DNA of 53,224 nucleotides, counting the filler, from Sluysia triapertura (lineage: Eukaryota): NCBI GenBank assembly GCA_046118255.1. It is 4 parts of 4 records of this genome, joined end to end, with 100 filler letters (N's around TTAATTAATTAA, not from the genome) between each part and the next. Parts side by side here need not be neighbours in the genome. Positions count along the whole stretch, not along the records: positions 1 to 15,026 come from JBJNIA010240993.1; positions 15,127 to 27,438 come from JBJNIA010120417.1; 2 more parts are not named here. One strand, written 5' to 3'. Under the pieces are notes generated by a model. That model worked only from the letters and a program-made list of their open reading frames with translations, did not search any database and was not told the origin of the DNA. How positions within the stretch are numbered: the first letter of the stretch is position 1; the number at the start of each line of letters is the position of its first letter. This document shows positions 13,352 to 27,371 of this stretch, piece after piece. The position numbers and the translations under genes were made by a program.

Positions 13352-13789
13352 ACTAATTTCACTAAATTATTTTTTTGAATTAATTATTCTATTTTTAGAA
13401 TTTATCCTACTTTGTGCGTAAAGGTTTAATTAAGATTCTAAAGTTGTTTGTTGTCCGATCTACATTAAATATTAATATTAATATTATTAACAAAGATTTT
13501 ATTTCACAAGTATTTTAAAGATTTTTTCAATTTACTAAAAGATCTTAAAAGCTTGTAAGGTTTCATAGATTCTTCAAGATTTACAATATCTTAAATTGCC
13601 ATAAGTTCGAATACTTCGAAACATTTCTAAGATAATCACAAGTTCTTTTAAAGATCACGAAACACTGCAAAGGTCTCTAGACACTCCGGTGTTTTCTTCA
13701 GTGACCAAAATTTTCTGAATCTGATTTCTGAATCTGAAAGTCATGTACACAAATACATAAACAAGTCTACATAGAATTAATTAAGTTTG

Positions 13790-13870
13790 CTGTGGTTTTT
13801 CTAACTCGTAACCTAGGGAAAAATATTTTTTGAGTATGGTCCAGTTACAGTAAACGTTTCTGTAACGATA
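13790..13870 (-). repeat. TGTAAC-containing repeat end, homologous to 30840-30920
   Basis: Reverse complement acgtttactgtaactggaccatactcaaaaaat vs acgtttattgtaaccggaccctgctcaaaaaat. Confidence 0.65.
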
Positions 13871-14882
13871 TAAGCTAATAATTTATCTAAATTTAAATGT
13901 TTAGGGTTTTAATAATAATCGATTAAACAACACAAAAGTATTAATTTTTTATTAAAATACAAAAATTATAAACAACTCGAGTAATAGATCGAGAAAGTAA
14001 AAATAATTATTTTAGAGATTAAATCTCCGTGAGCACTTAATCTTGTCTTAATATATTTTGAGTGGATTTTAACCCTCAATATATGGGGAACTTAAAAAAC
14101 TCTACAAATTAATATAAAATTTGCTTGCATTTTATGATTTCAAATTCGAAAGTTGAATTGAATTGATGTTGTCCAGATGATAATCTCCAAATCAATGAAC
14201 GTTTACTAAGATTCCACAATCTTTCGAATCGCTTGAAGAAAAACTGTATTTTCCAAAATGGCGATTTTCAATATAGTGATGCTAGTTTATATCTAGTTAT
14301 CAGCCAATGAAAATCCATCGAATATTCTATTCTATTTTTAGAAGCTATTTTTCTTTTTGGAAAATGATTATTTTTGAAGCTATTTTAAAGATTAATAAAT
14401 GGTTTTAAAACGTTTTATCTGATTTTAATTAATTTTTAGATAGTTTTAAATAATTTATTTTGTAGGCTTATGATGACAACCTAACAATTTAAACAAACAT
14501 TTAATATAAAATTTGAAATAACTCCATAAAAAATTTCTTAGTTTTTTGAAAAATATAAAATTTAAAATTAAAAAAAAATTATTTTTATGATATTATAATA
14601 ATTTTATTAAACATAATGTTTGTCGTATCATTTACATAATATTTTATAAGTCAATAAAAATCAATAAATAGCAACGATGTTATTATTATTATTATTATTA
14701 TCGTGATAATGGTACGACTATTACTATTACTTTTGTCATAATTATAATAATTATTATTTATTAATTAATTATGAAGTATGTAGAAATAACAATTATAAAA
14801 ATGTTTTTGCTAAAATTTCTATTCTGAAATTAGTACATCTTAAAAATATTAACAATATTTAAAATATTAACATTATTAAAAC

Positions 14883-14938
<56 letters not shown>
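14883..14938. repeat. (AAT)n microsatellite
   Basis: Direct observation. Confidence 0.9.
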
Positions 14939-14939
<1 letters not shown>

Positions 14940-15026
14940 TTAACGATTTTATTTATTTATTTACATTATCGATAAGCTTTGTTTTACATACTTCACAATC
15001 TTCGAGTAATTTATAGGCAGCCTTTT

Positions 15027-15126
15027 NNNNNNNNNNNNNNNNNNNNNNNNNNNNNNNNNNNNNNNNNNNNTTAATTAATTAANNNNNNNNNNNNNNNNNN
15101 NNNNNNNNNNNNNNNNNNNNNNNNNN
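15027..15126. other. Artificial assembly spacer N44-TTAATTAATTAA-N44
   Basis: Identical 100-nt spacer seen three times; the 12-mer has stops in all six frames. Confidence 0.97.
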
Positions 15127-15299
15127 GACTATTAAAACTATCGAAATTCCTTTAAGCCATTTTGAGTCGCAAAAGCTAGTAATTTTTAAAGACGCAACAT
15201 TTATAATAATAATAATTTGTTTTGATTTTTGTTTAACCATAAAATTATAGTGTTATTGTTATTGATTAGATTTTCAAAAAATTAATTTTGTTGTGAATA

Positions 15300-15431
15300 A
15301 TTATTACCAAAATAAGAGAATTACTGAAAATTTATACTTGATATGGTTAGTACTTAAATTATTGGGATTCTTTTTATGCTAATTAAATTGATATTGATTT
15401 ATTGTAGCTAATAATTTTCAAAGACGCAACA
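15300..15431 (+). repeat. LTR-like 3' end (...tttcaaagacgcaaCA), homologous to 19980-20096
   Basis: Shared tttatacttg...aaattattg...taataat(t)ttcaaagacgcaaca; a partial third copy ends at 15199. Confidence 0.6.
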
Positions 15432-16126
15432 ATATTATTGGTTGAAAATTATCCAATTAAATATATTCCATCGAATTCGATTTTTCATGACAATCTCTAT
15501 TGTTACGGTTGTATTTTAAAACATTTCTTGGATTTATTTTGAAAGAAATTTGTCTAGTAATTGTACATAGAAATTAGTTCTTTTATTATTTCAAAATGAC
15601 AATTAAACAGATCATTTTGATTCGTTTTCATAGAAATTTATTTCTGTAGAATAATTTGTTTAAATATTCATTATTAAATACATTTTTTTGGTTCAATTCG
15701 AAATTCAGGAGTGTTATTCGTAAATCCTTTGATATCATGAAGGAAATCTAGTTTCGTTCAGAAATTTCCTTAGGTGTTACATTCGTACAAATTCAGTTCG
15801 TTGCTGATAAATAATAATCTGTAGATAAATAATAAATAATAATAAATAAATAATGATAAATAATAAAACCAAATAATCTTTAGTTGTAAAAAATTATTTT
15901 AAATTGTAGTGGAAAAATCATGAGTAAATTTCACAGTGACACGCAATTGGTCATACTAAAAATGCAAGGACGTTCGGTTTTACATGGTCCTGGAATTCGG
16001 CAGGCTAGAAGAGACAATTTATCTCGCCAGTTTTTGAATTTTGATTTCGATGAAAGAATCAATTTACGCATAAATATGAAAGAGTTTGATGCAAAACAAT
16101 CATGTATCGAAAGAACTAGGCAATTA

Positions 16127-16169
<43 letters not shown>

Positions 16170-16384
16170 GTTGTTGTTGTGGTTGTTTTAAATATGCAAT
16201 GAGATCTTGTCTTTTTTTTAATTTGATTTTAATAAAGGCCTTAAGCCGAATCTTAAAATTTTGAAATTTAGAAATTTAAGCAATAATAACAGTAGTCATT
16301 TCTTCTTATGAGTATTTACTCTAAAATAAGAACGGGCCTTAGGTCCATATTTTATAATATTGTTTTTCACAATGCAATTTTAAA

Positions 16385-18660
16385 AAATAGTATAATCGCC
16401 CAATTTAAATACTTAATTTACCCTGGTCATTTCAGCGATAATAAATATCTTTTTTCCCATAGTAATGGTTAATTTCGATGGTAAATTTCGATTTTGTGTA
16501 GATTAGAAAACTTAATGAATTAACAAAGAAGGATACATTTCTGTTACCGCGTATAGATGAAATGTTACATAGAATTAATAAGGAAAAATAATTTACATCA
16601 ATTGATTTACAGAGCGGATATTGGCAAATACAAATTTCCAAAGAAGATAAACCAAAGACAGCATTCATAAATGATAATGGAGATCTGAGTTTAACGTATT
16701 TCCATTTGGTTTAACAGGAGGATCAGCGAGATTTCAAAGATGCATGAATCCCATTTTAATGGATGTAGCTCGATAATACATAATATATTCGAGAGCATTT
16801 GAAAAACAAATGATACAACGACTAGATTTTGCATGTCTGAAAATTAAATTATCTAAATGTGAATGAGCTGCATTTTTAGGACACATTGTATCATTAAGGA
16901 ATTCAACCTGATCTTAGAAATTTAGAAATTAAAAATTTCCAAATACCTAATCAAGTAACGCGTATTCAAAAATTCTTGAGATCAGCAGGTTATTACAGAA
17001 AATTTATTGAGAACTTAGCAACCTTACTCAGAGTGATAAAAAAGGATTCAAACTTTGTTTGGAGAGAGAAGCAACAGGAGGTATTGGATGTTCTTGAACA
17101 AAAAGTAATACCTTATCTTACCTTAAGATTTCCAGATAAGAATTTACTGTTTATTATTATGACAGATGCTAGTGGAGCAGTGTTGAAACAAAAAGAACAC
17201 CTAAACTCCATGAAATTAACTACGCAGTCATCAATAAAGAAGCGTTGACAATTGTTTTTAGATCAAACAATTCCATCACTACATAGAGTCACGGAAAATA
17301 CATTTATTTATAGATCAACTACTACTGCGGTGGTTAATGACGCAAAAGACACATCAAGTCGATTAATTAGATAGTCTTTTTTGTGCAAAAATGATATAGA
17401 AATAAAATATAGACAAAGAAAGTCAGTTCAAACGCTGATTTTTTTATCTGGACTAGATGAAAGGCAGGTATTTTTAGCAACTTTTATAATCAAGTTTTGA
17501 TAAAAATACATTAGTGACGGAACAACAAAAAAATGAAAAGATAAAAAGGTAAATGAATAATGAAAATGAAAAATGAATAATTTAAAAAGTCGAAAGAAAA
17601 TCCCTATTATATTATACAAAATGATATTTTTAAATTTCATATAAATAGTAAAGTACTAATAGTACTACCGATGTTTTTATAAATAATATTTTACATGAAT
17701 ATCACAAAGGAATTTTGGGATGACATTAGTCTTTTAGAAAAACTTTATGGACAATAATGAAAAGATACTACTGGGAAAATATAAAAAAGGATGTTAAAAT
17801 TAGTGTGGTACTTGTGAGGTATGTGTACAAAGAAAGGGTAGAAAAATACTTAAAACTTTCATGAAACCTAGTCATGATACTGCTGCACCAATGGAAATAA
17901 CTGCCATGGATGTTGTGAGTACGTTTCCATGAAACTATAAAGGGAAGTAAATATATCTTAGCATTTTCAGTTTATTTTACAAAATCGCAAGAGGCAAAAG
18001 CTATACCACATCAAGGAGCAGAAATTATAGCAAAAATTTTCATAGAATAAATCGTTTTAGATATGGTTAGCCAAAAAAATAGTTACGGATCAAGGTACTA
18101 ATTTTACTAGTGAAATAATGACGTCAGTTTATCATCCAGAAAATAATGGTTTGTTGGATAGATTTAACCGTACATTGATACAAATACTATTTGCATATCA
18201 AAATGATCATCAAATGACTGGGATGAATTTATAGTACCTTGTTTATTTGTATATCACAATGTGAAGCTAACAAAGAATCACCATTTTATTTAATGTACCT
18301 TAGAGAATAAAGACTACGGTTAATTTATCCTTGATACCTGATTCATCAAGATATTTAGAGTAAGAAAATTATATATAAATAATGAAGTGAGAGAAGTATG
18401 GACAAGAGCTAAGTTAACTGTAAAGTTCCATCAAGAATCTTACATTTAATAGCAAAGTAAATCCAGTAGAATTTAAATAAGGTGAGTTAATATTATTACA
18501 TACTCCTTTACATGAAAAAGGGTTAAGAAATAAACTTTACAAACTATATGATGGACCATATATTGTAGAGTGTATCAGCGAGCAAAATCTGAAAAAAAAT
18601 TATACAAAATTAAAAAATGTAACTCTATAACTCTATAAAAACAGATGTAAAAAATTTCAA
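16385..18660 (+). mobile_element. Decayed Ty3/Gypsy pol (RT-RNaseH-integrase)
   Basis: GKFRFCVD.RKLN; DTFLLPRIDEML; FTSIDLQSGYWQI; KPKTAF; FPFGL; GYYRKFI; TDAS; DQGTNFTS; YHPENNGLLDRFNRTL; YDGPY. Many stops and frameshifts. Confidence 0.95.
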
Positions 18661-18799
18661 AGAAATAATCCCTACAATTTAAGGAGTAACACCTCAACTG
18701 ACTCCAATGCGATATATCAGGATCATGTGAATGATAATAGTGTTCCAAAAATTAATGTAAATTTCTTTATTTAAATTAATGTAACTTTTAATAATGTAT

Positions 18800-19270
18800 G
18801 TATGCATCACTGCAATGTGGACAAATATTGGTACTCATATTGAAGATTGGGTGCTAATTCTAAAATATCAGACAAAAATAATACAAAATTTCATATTAAC
18901 ATTACTTATATTTATAATATAGCCTGCAAATATAATTCTGAAATTCATCATGCAAGGTTAAATGAAAATGAAAATTTGTTTTCATACACAGATTTAAACG
19001 TTAACACCAATTATATGTCTATTATTGAAGTAGGAAATAAGATACTGAAAACCAATCAAGAAATATATCTTGTTTTGCAAGTCCCTGCATATAAAAATCA
19101 GTAATTTTAACGAAATGCCTTTATTTTTAAGTTGACAAAGTATTTATACAACTTAGTTTGACAGACCGAACCATATAATTGTCAAAGTAGTTATTGTCGG
19201 TCTGATTCTCAAAGAGGTTTGGATGATTTGTGTGAGAAAATGTTTGATTGTGAAACTCAGGATTGATTGG
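18800..19270 (+). pseudogene. Possible env-like third ORF remnant downstream of Gypsy pol
   Basis: ORF 18847..19104 with N-glycosylation sites (NNT, NIT), an IYLVLQVP motif and downstream Cys-containing coding-like sequence; position matches errantivirus ORF3. Confidence 0.35.
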
Positions 19271-19979
19271 ATGATGAGCAACTATAAAATGAAAAATTTA
19301 AACATTTTAACACAGATACGAATACAGTACCACAATTCGAATTCTCGTCGTGCTTCTCATTAACATGCTGTCGGTAATTTTGTTAAAATTTATTTTAATT
19401 TTATAGAGCAGGGATAACAATACTAATTTAAATTAATTTTTTTGAATATTAGATTATTATTTTAACTCTGATTTTAAAAAATCGATTTTCAGTGGACTTG
19501 CCGCTCAATTTATTTTTAAAAGTTTTTTGATTTTTAAGCCGTTGATAAGTTAATTATTGGAAGGATCCCTGTCAAAATTATTTTGCATTTAAGTTAAAAT
19601 ATCCCAAAATATTTAAGTTTTATTATTATTTTCACTTTTTTGATAATGCAAAGTTAATTTTTGGGAGGATCCGTGGCCAGATTGTTTTATGCTACTAACT
19701 GTTATTAAGTTAAATTAAATTCTGACTTTTTTTAGAAATCGATAATTTGATTTTTGTCGCATCATCTCTGATTTTTTTGGATAGAGTATTGTCTTAATAT
19801 TGTAATAAATATTATTATTAATTTTGAAATTTAGTTATTTTTGATTAATTGATATGTATTATTATTAAAGCAGAAACTTATAATAACGACTTGTATTTGA
19901 TTGTGTAATTATTATATTATTGATTTATTGAATTGAAGAACGTAATTTTTGCACTTAATAAATATCATTATTTGTGATA

Positions 19980-20096
19980 ATTTATACTTGTGATAATTTG
20001 TACTTGATTTACTGAGTATTGAAATTATTGAAATTCTATTTAATTAAATTAAACTGATATTTATTGATTGTTATTAATAATTTCAAAGACGCAACA
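19980..20096 (+). repeat. LTR-like 3' end, candidate 3' LTR end of the Gypsy relic
   Basis: Homologous to 15300-15431; ends in CA. Confidence 0.55.
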
Positions 20097-21440
20097 ATAA
20101 AATGTTCATAATGGAGACAAATAAAGTTTTTAGATAAATTGACTTATTTAGGTTTAAAGATTCTCTTTATATAATTAAGTTATTAAAAAAATATTTAAAT
20201 TAAAAAAAGTTTTAATGTATGACTTTGAGGTGAAAAATTTATTATTGTTGTTATTATTATTGGTGTGGAATAGCTACCTTAAGGTTCTTAGAGATATGCC
20301 AATATTTTGGTACTCTCGTAAATGAATCAAAAGTATCTAGAGATTCGATTTAAATTGTATTTAATAGTATTTAACAAATAGTATTTAATCTATTGTTTAT
20401 TTTATTATAACTTTAAATTTTATATTTTAATTATTCTCAAATGATAATTAGATGTGCCCTATTGTAACATTATAATTAAGAAATTTTTACTTAAATTTAT
20501 TAATTATGATTATTAATAAGAAATATTTGTAATGTTACAATTATATGTAAATTGTTTTATGCATGTTAGACTAACATAAATTATGATTATGATTATTTGT
20601 TATTATTAGTCATTACTATTTATAATTATTACTTAATATTATTTTTAATATTTATTATTATTATTACCATTATATTTATTATCATTAGTATTAATTATTA
20701 TTATTAAGTATTATTTTTCATGCCGACAATAATTGTTGATATAGTTGACATAAATTTCATTAGAATTGTTAAAGTTTTACATTTTTCTGGATTGAATTTT
20801 TGTTCGTGGAAGCAGGAGTATGTGTAATATCTATTAATGATAATGATATTGAAATTAAATAAAGGTAATGTTTGTTTAATTTTTTTGTTTTTTATTCAAT
20901 TGAAACAAGCAGTGAAACGATAGATGATCTTAACTTTTTCGTTTATATTTGGTAAAGTATATTTGAATGACGATGTGGAGGAAAACGAACCTCATGAGTA
21001 ATTTGGTTGATATTCATTTTAAAATATATTTTGTTTCTTTGACATTATTTAAGAGATGGTTTGGTTGAAACACAGTGAAAAGGCATTAATAACAATAACT
21101 GTGATCAAAATCCTGGAAAAATTTTTAATTTATAATAACTCAAACGTATAGCATTAGAAATAGTGATGAGATAGTGTTGATAGTAAAGATATTACAGATC
21201 TACTTACAGATATATTTGTAAAGCTCACTAAAAATGATGTATCAGAGATATAAAAAAATTTAGCCAAAAATGTTGATGAATAATCACATTAAGTAATTTT
21301 AGAATTAATGTTATATTTAAAAATAGTATTAGATAAAGTTACAAAAATTCGCACATAAATTATGTAGTTAATGTTACTATAATAATTAATGATTCATCTT
21401 AGTTAAGATGAATCATTTTAGTAAGGTTCATGAAGTAAAT

Positions 21441-21520
21441 TAAAAATGTATAGCAATAATTAATAAAAATAACTTTAAATTAAAAATGTATAGCAATAAT
21501 TAATAAAAATAACTTTAAAT
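21441..21520 (+). repeat. Perfect 40-bp tandem duplication
   Basis: taaaaatgtatagcaataattaataaaaataactttaaat x2. Confidence 0.95.
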
Positions 21521-21899
21521 AAGTATTTCGTGAGAATTATTGTGACGTAACATATTCTAATTAAAGTGGTACTTTAGAGCAAGTTGAATTTCAGCTAGAT
21601 TTAAATATTGTCTTCGCAAGTCTTGTACTCATTTTCAAATTAATATCTTAGAAGAGTGGAGTAAATTGTAGTTACACCATAGCATACAAAGGCGTAAACT
21701 CTTACTGCATTATTTTAAAAAACCTTTTGCGATGTGATATTTTTTACATACATTTAATTAGCATTTCTTTTTATTTTGTTATCTTTTTAGATTAAGTCGT
21801 TTTTAAAAATTTTTTTGTTATTTTTTAATAATTGATTAAAAAACAAAAATAAAGAAACCAGAATAACTAAAAACGTGCATTAAAAAAATTAAAAACAAA

Positions 21900-23125
21900 A
21901 TGTTCAGTTTTTTCGCTTTGTCTTCATTTGCACCATAATGACCATTATTAACCACAAATAAATACTTTCGCAACTCAACCGCCCACTGTTTCCACTATCT
22001 TATTTTCTGTCCTAAAGACCCTTTGCATGGTTTTCTATATGTCGCTAATTGTGGTTTCAACTCTTCGCCACGAAAGGTATTAAATTTCTTGTCAGGACTT
22101 AATTGTACGTAATCTCAATAATTTTTTCGCTATGGGAACATGGGATAGGTTATGCAGCAAGAAATCTGCTGCTTCACCTGTCGTATATTGCTTCTTAATA
22201 TAATTGAGATGATCGGCTTGGGACTTATCATCATTGGTGATGATGAGATCCAGGTTGAGTTGTTGGATGTTCTAAAAAAACGTAATGAAAATAATAAAAG
22301 TCAATTTACTTACGTACGTGTGAATAATTTTTTACGGTAAGGATAAAATAACAATGGCAAATACTAAAATTCAAAATTAGAAATACATAATTTAAGATAG
22401 AATCGAATTAAATTGAATAATTTAAGTGAAATAGGAACATAGTGCTTAGAACACTACTTCACATTGGAATTCAATCTGTAATATGTTATCTCCATGAAAA
22501 GCGTAATTCTAAAAATCCACTTAAAATATTTCATTTTTAAAAATCACCTTAATTATCAAACCATTACTAGAGTAAATCCTCTAATATTTTAATTGATATT
22601 ATTATTCGTTGATTACAATTAAAGTTAACCTTTATTGTGTACATAATTTTTTGTTCAAGTATATATTTATATATACAACGTTTGCTATCATTACACTTTG
22701 CTACATATTAGTTATGTAATTATTATACATAATTATTATGTTTTACCGTATATGTCGCAGATCAATACACAAATACTATGCTATTGCAATACCTTGCAAA
22801 CATCGTTTTCATTTTCGATGTCTATATTTTCATTTGATTCTACCCCGCCTCCTTTACCTTCTTATGCCGAGCCACAATCACACAATGAACAGAAAATATT
22901 TCGTAGGTCTTACGAATTCTCTATTAAATATATTAAATCTAACTCGTCGCCTATTGTAGCTTTTAATGGGTTCGGGATAATGCGAGTGTTTATATCTACC
23001 CGCCTCCAACTTTCACAGGCGTTACCGCCCTGTACAACGGATTCCAGGTGCCAAAGCCTGATTATCTGCCAGGACTGACATAATCGCAAAAGTGTAATTA
23101 TAGATGATGCCAACTTAGGAAATTC
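21900..23125 (-). mobile_element. Possible MULE/Mutator-like transposase C-terminal remnant
   Basis: FCDYV...W...GGNACESWRR resembles MULE F.DY...W...RTNN.CE.W.R; two GC-richer exon-like blocks with stops. Confidence 0.3.
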
Positions 23126-23156
23126 TATAAAAATGCAAAATTATGTAAAAACCCAT

Positions 23157-23610
23157 TGTAGGGAACTCGTCATATGGTATTCACCATAATTCATCACATA
23201 ATTTTCACCATAACTCATCTCATATAGTTCGTCACAATTCATCGCTTAAAAACGATACACACATACACAAACTATTAAACGAACTACTAAACTCATTCAA
23301 AAGTAAACATGACCATCCCATCTAACTACCATGAACTATCATTATTATTATTACGATTTATATCATATCAAAACTTGAGTTAAAATTATAATCTTTATTG
23401 TTATATAATATATTCACCAAATAATAACTTCTATAATAACTTTTGTAATAATTTTCACGATAAAATTTCGTAATAAATGTCATTAATTTTTTGTTAATAA
23501 ACATAATAATTACACGATTGTTATCATTATTATAATTATTTTTCCCTTTACCTTTATTGTTATTATTATTATTTCTCTTAATCCTTTTATCAATTTATCT
23601 CTATTTTTTT
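23157..23610 (+). repeat. TGTAGGGAA-initiated interspersed repeat (copy 2)
   Basis: Collinear with the reverse complement of ~5450-5792. Confidence 0.7.
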
Positions 23611-23756
23611 ATCAATTCCTGGAATTAACATACAACTTTTATACATTGATAAGAGAAAAATATGAATTGCTTAATTGTAATGCGAATAACACCATAGAAG
23701 ATACTGGATTAAAATGTAGTCTATTTGATAATGGTAAAGTTTCCTTCAAATATCAG

Positions 23757-24091
23757 AACTTCGTAATACTTTGTTCTATGATAAGAGGGATCATGTTCTC
23801 AAATTATTCAATCAATTAATAGCTGCTCAACAACAACTACTACAAGCTGTCCATGCAGCTCAGTTACAGGTTCAAATACAGGCTCAAGCGCGATTAATTA
23901 ATTTACAAAATTTACAACAAGTTGCTCAGATGCCAGCAATGGCTTTAGTAGCTGCATCACAAGCTGCATCCCTACCACCTATTCCATCAAATATACATAG
24001 TAGTATATCGACAAATCAAGGGTCTGTTTCTGAAGCTAGTCCTGTAACTGATTCACTTTTAATATCAACTTCATTTTTGCCAAACAAATAA
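23757..24091 (+). CDS. Gln/Ala-rich probable terminal exon of an unidentified gene
   Basis: Open frame ELRNTLFYDKRDHVLKLFNQLIAAQQQLLQAVHAAQLQVQ... with mixed Gln codons and raised GC; candidate acceptor atatcag at ~23756. Confidence 0.5.
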
Positions 24092-24850
24092 TAAGATACA
24101 TTTCTTTTAATGATTCCAATATTTCTTCTTAACACTTTGTTATTTGTTCAAAAAAATTAAAGTGAAAATTTCATTATCATAAGAGTTGTAATCGAATTCA
24201 AAATTATAATACATCTATAAAAGTTTTTTTTACAACGTTCAGTATGAGAAAGGTTGTAAAGTATTTGAGATTTACATAGTTTAGCTTAGGAATTTACAGT
24301 AGAATTGTGTGCAATAAGTTGAAACATCATAATAAAGTCATTCATCTTTAGATATTGTAGTAATATTGGAAAAAGTTAGATTAATCTTTAATCACATTTA
24401 TAATAAAAAAGAGTAGTTATAACACCAATTTCAATGTGGAAGAGAACAAGAAGCAAACAAATCAGGTGTTCAAATAACAAAAGAATGTTATGTAAGCATA
24501 GACTACATCATATTAGCTCAATGATTGGTCATAGAAAAGATTATTTTGAAAGCGACATGATAGTCTATTTTTTCAAGTTTACGAATCTATCATTCTATCT
24601 TTAAATTATATCAACTTTATCTAATTTAACATTTAAAGCATTATAAAATATATTAGAATTTGATATTTTTAAAATTGGATGAATATTTAATATATTATAT
24701 ATTTAAATCATTAAAATAGCCGATACTAATTTATAATCTCAATCATCCGCTGCTATTCTCATTCAATAAACATCAAAACACCAATTCGTTTTAAAATATA
24801 TCATGTAATATTTAACGGATACAAGATCATCAATAAAAATAATAACTTAC

Positions 24851-24884
24851 ACTAAATCATGAGAAGTATCAGTTCCATCATAAT
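24851..24884 (-). CDS. Candidate 34-nt micro-exon (xYDGTDTSHDL)
   Basis: Flanked by tgtag acceptor and gtaagt donor on the minus strand; one open frame. Confidence 0.25.
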
Positions 24885-25000
24885 CTACATTTCGTAATTT
24901 TGAACATTTAACTTGTATCTTATTTTAAATGTATTAAAAATTTATGCAATTCTAACTTTACATATTCAAATTTAGTTACAACTTCATCTAATAAATTATC

Positions 25001-25058
<58 letters not shown>
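25001..25058. repeat. (ATT)n microsatellite
   Basis: Direct observation. Confidence 0.9.
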
Positions 25059-25059
<1 letters not shown>

Positions 25060-26334
25060 GCCTCTCCTAAACATTTCGTGGAATTTTTGAGTGGGATCAT
25101 ATAGATTCAAACTGCTAGAGTTATTAGAATTTAAATTTGTAACATCGATCATTTTATTATAGATGATAAATACCAAATGTAAACTTATAAGTTTTACATT
25201 TTGTAACTTGTAATTGTACCACCATTAGTTTCAGGTTCTTATGGTGCATCGAATAAATTATATTCATTCATTTCATTTGAATATTTACAAACTTCATTGA
25301 AATAAGTTTTCAAAAATATCATTTAAGTTAGAGTATGCATTATTAATAGCTACATTGATATTAATCTTTAAGTTTGTTTCAAAGCATTACTAAATATAAA
25401 ACAACCAATAGTACTAAAACAATTAATGATGTATCTGTTTCAAGGAATAGTTTTATAGCTAGTTTCCTATTGATACATCACCTTTACAACTTGCCTCCAT
25501 TTCAAATTCTATAACTACAATTTCAAAAATAGTATCAAAGTTAATATCTTTAATTTGGGAACATTTAAAATAAAACAAAATAAAATAAAATAAAACATTG
25601 CTAATTCTAATAATAGTACTTCTTATACTTTAATAATATTATTTTAAATAATAATTTTTATTAATAATTAATTATTTTAAGGTTTTAAGGTCTTAAAAGA
25701 AAAAAACAAACACTTAAAGCTCGCTAGAACATTATTTTAAATGAAACAAAGCCTAATTATAAGAAATTAGTAAAGTTGGATCCATTTAAAGCATTTGTGA
25801 AAATGTTCTAATGATTTCGATGAATTATTGTACGTTTGGAGGGTATTTAAAAAAGCTTATGGAAGTAATAAACACCTTTTAATAACAAAATGTATTTTTC
25901 TGTTTCTTATAAATTAAATAAATTAAATATTATGAAAACAACAGTTCTAATTAATTATCAAAAACAAAAACAATTAACAAAATTAAATTTTAATTCTTTG
26001 TATCAAAAATGTAATATTATGTCTGTTATTATTTCACTTCTATAACATTTTATTATTTTTTCAACACGTCGCTGTTATTTAATAGCTGCTATTTCGCGTT
26101 ATTTTTAATTAACAGCTAAAAAATACTACAATACCAAATAGCATAACAAATCCAGTGCACATTTATAATTGCTTTATGAATTTGTAAGTATATTTACATT
26201 GAAATTTTATTCTTGATGATTGTTCTACATCAAGAACGTAAATTATGGAATTACTTGAATTGGTAAAATATAGCAAAAAATATTCAAAGAAAAAACAAAA
26301 CCTTGTTTGTAAAATTTAACAAATTTAAAATTTT

Positions 26335-26400
26335 TAGCGCCCCCAAATTATTATCACGCGTCCATACCGGGGCGCGTCCCCTAGTTTGCGAACCTTTGTT
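26335..26400. mobile_element. hAT-like terminal fragment
   Basis: GC-rich ggggcgcgtcccctagtttgcgaacc resembles hAT/Charlie ends. Confidence 0.35.
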
Positions 26401-27371
26401 CTAATGAACCAATAGACAAAGAAAATTTTAAAATCAAAGTTATCGCTAATTTGAGAGTTGAATAAAATTCACAATGAAAATTTTTTTGTTCTAAATATTA
26501 ATTATAATTTACTATGTCATTCAGCTTATTTATTATTTTAGCAGAAACAGTTTCCTAATTTAATTGATACCAGCAATGGATTTAAGGAGAAATTTAAGAT
26601 AAGGTTTCTGCGGAAATTGAAAGAGTTTTCATAAATGATTTCATTCTGCTTTTTTATATGAAATCTAAGACCATATGAGAAGAATGACAAAATATCTTGA
26701 GCTAGAAAGATTAGAATCAGATTTTAAATGTCATTATTTGTACCAGACAATTAAAAAATAAACAATCATTTGGAAATTTTTGATAAAACTCCACGTTATT
26801 TTTCCGGAGCTATTTGAAGAGAATTATTTACTTGGCGAACACAAAGTAAAAAAAATTTAAAGATGTTAGCAAAATATGTTTAAAGAACAGAGTAATTTAC
26901 TGCTACCCTAATCGCAGTTTGATAAGATTTCAATTTAACTATTTCTAGCACGATTTTGTCAATACCTATTTGTATAAATTTGATCCAGGATGAGCTGAAG
27001 AAAGATTATAACGCTAAATAAATTTAACAATTATTTACGAAAAGTCAAACATGAAATGAGCAAAAATGGTTAAACTTAGAAAATAATTTCAAATTAAAAT
27101 GTTAAAAGGTGTCTTTTGACATCTTTTGGTAGAAATAATGTTAATTGAATATTTTAAATCGCTTTTTATGTAATAGAAATTATTACCCTAGGAGAAATAA
27201 TAAATCATACATCACAGTTTACTATTAAATATTATGATTGTCTTTAATATTATTAGCTTTACAATAGAAAAAGACTGTGATAATCTTAAAAATTGAATAA
27301 AGAATGGATTCTTAAACTTTTTTCTCTCAAAAGTAATTTTAGGTAACTTCTTTGTATTATCTAATTTTTAA

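Noticed and set aside
15027-15126. TTAATTAATTAA palindrome repeated three times between N runs
   Set aside because: Artificial all-frame-stop contig linker, not biology
15920-16264. 114-aa ORF with poly-Leu/Cys
   Set aside because: Hydrophobic run is a translated (TTA)n microsatellite; no other support
20960-21080. Faint UCH-L-like VDIHF...DGLVE pattern
   Set aside because: Too short and needs several frameshifts
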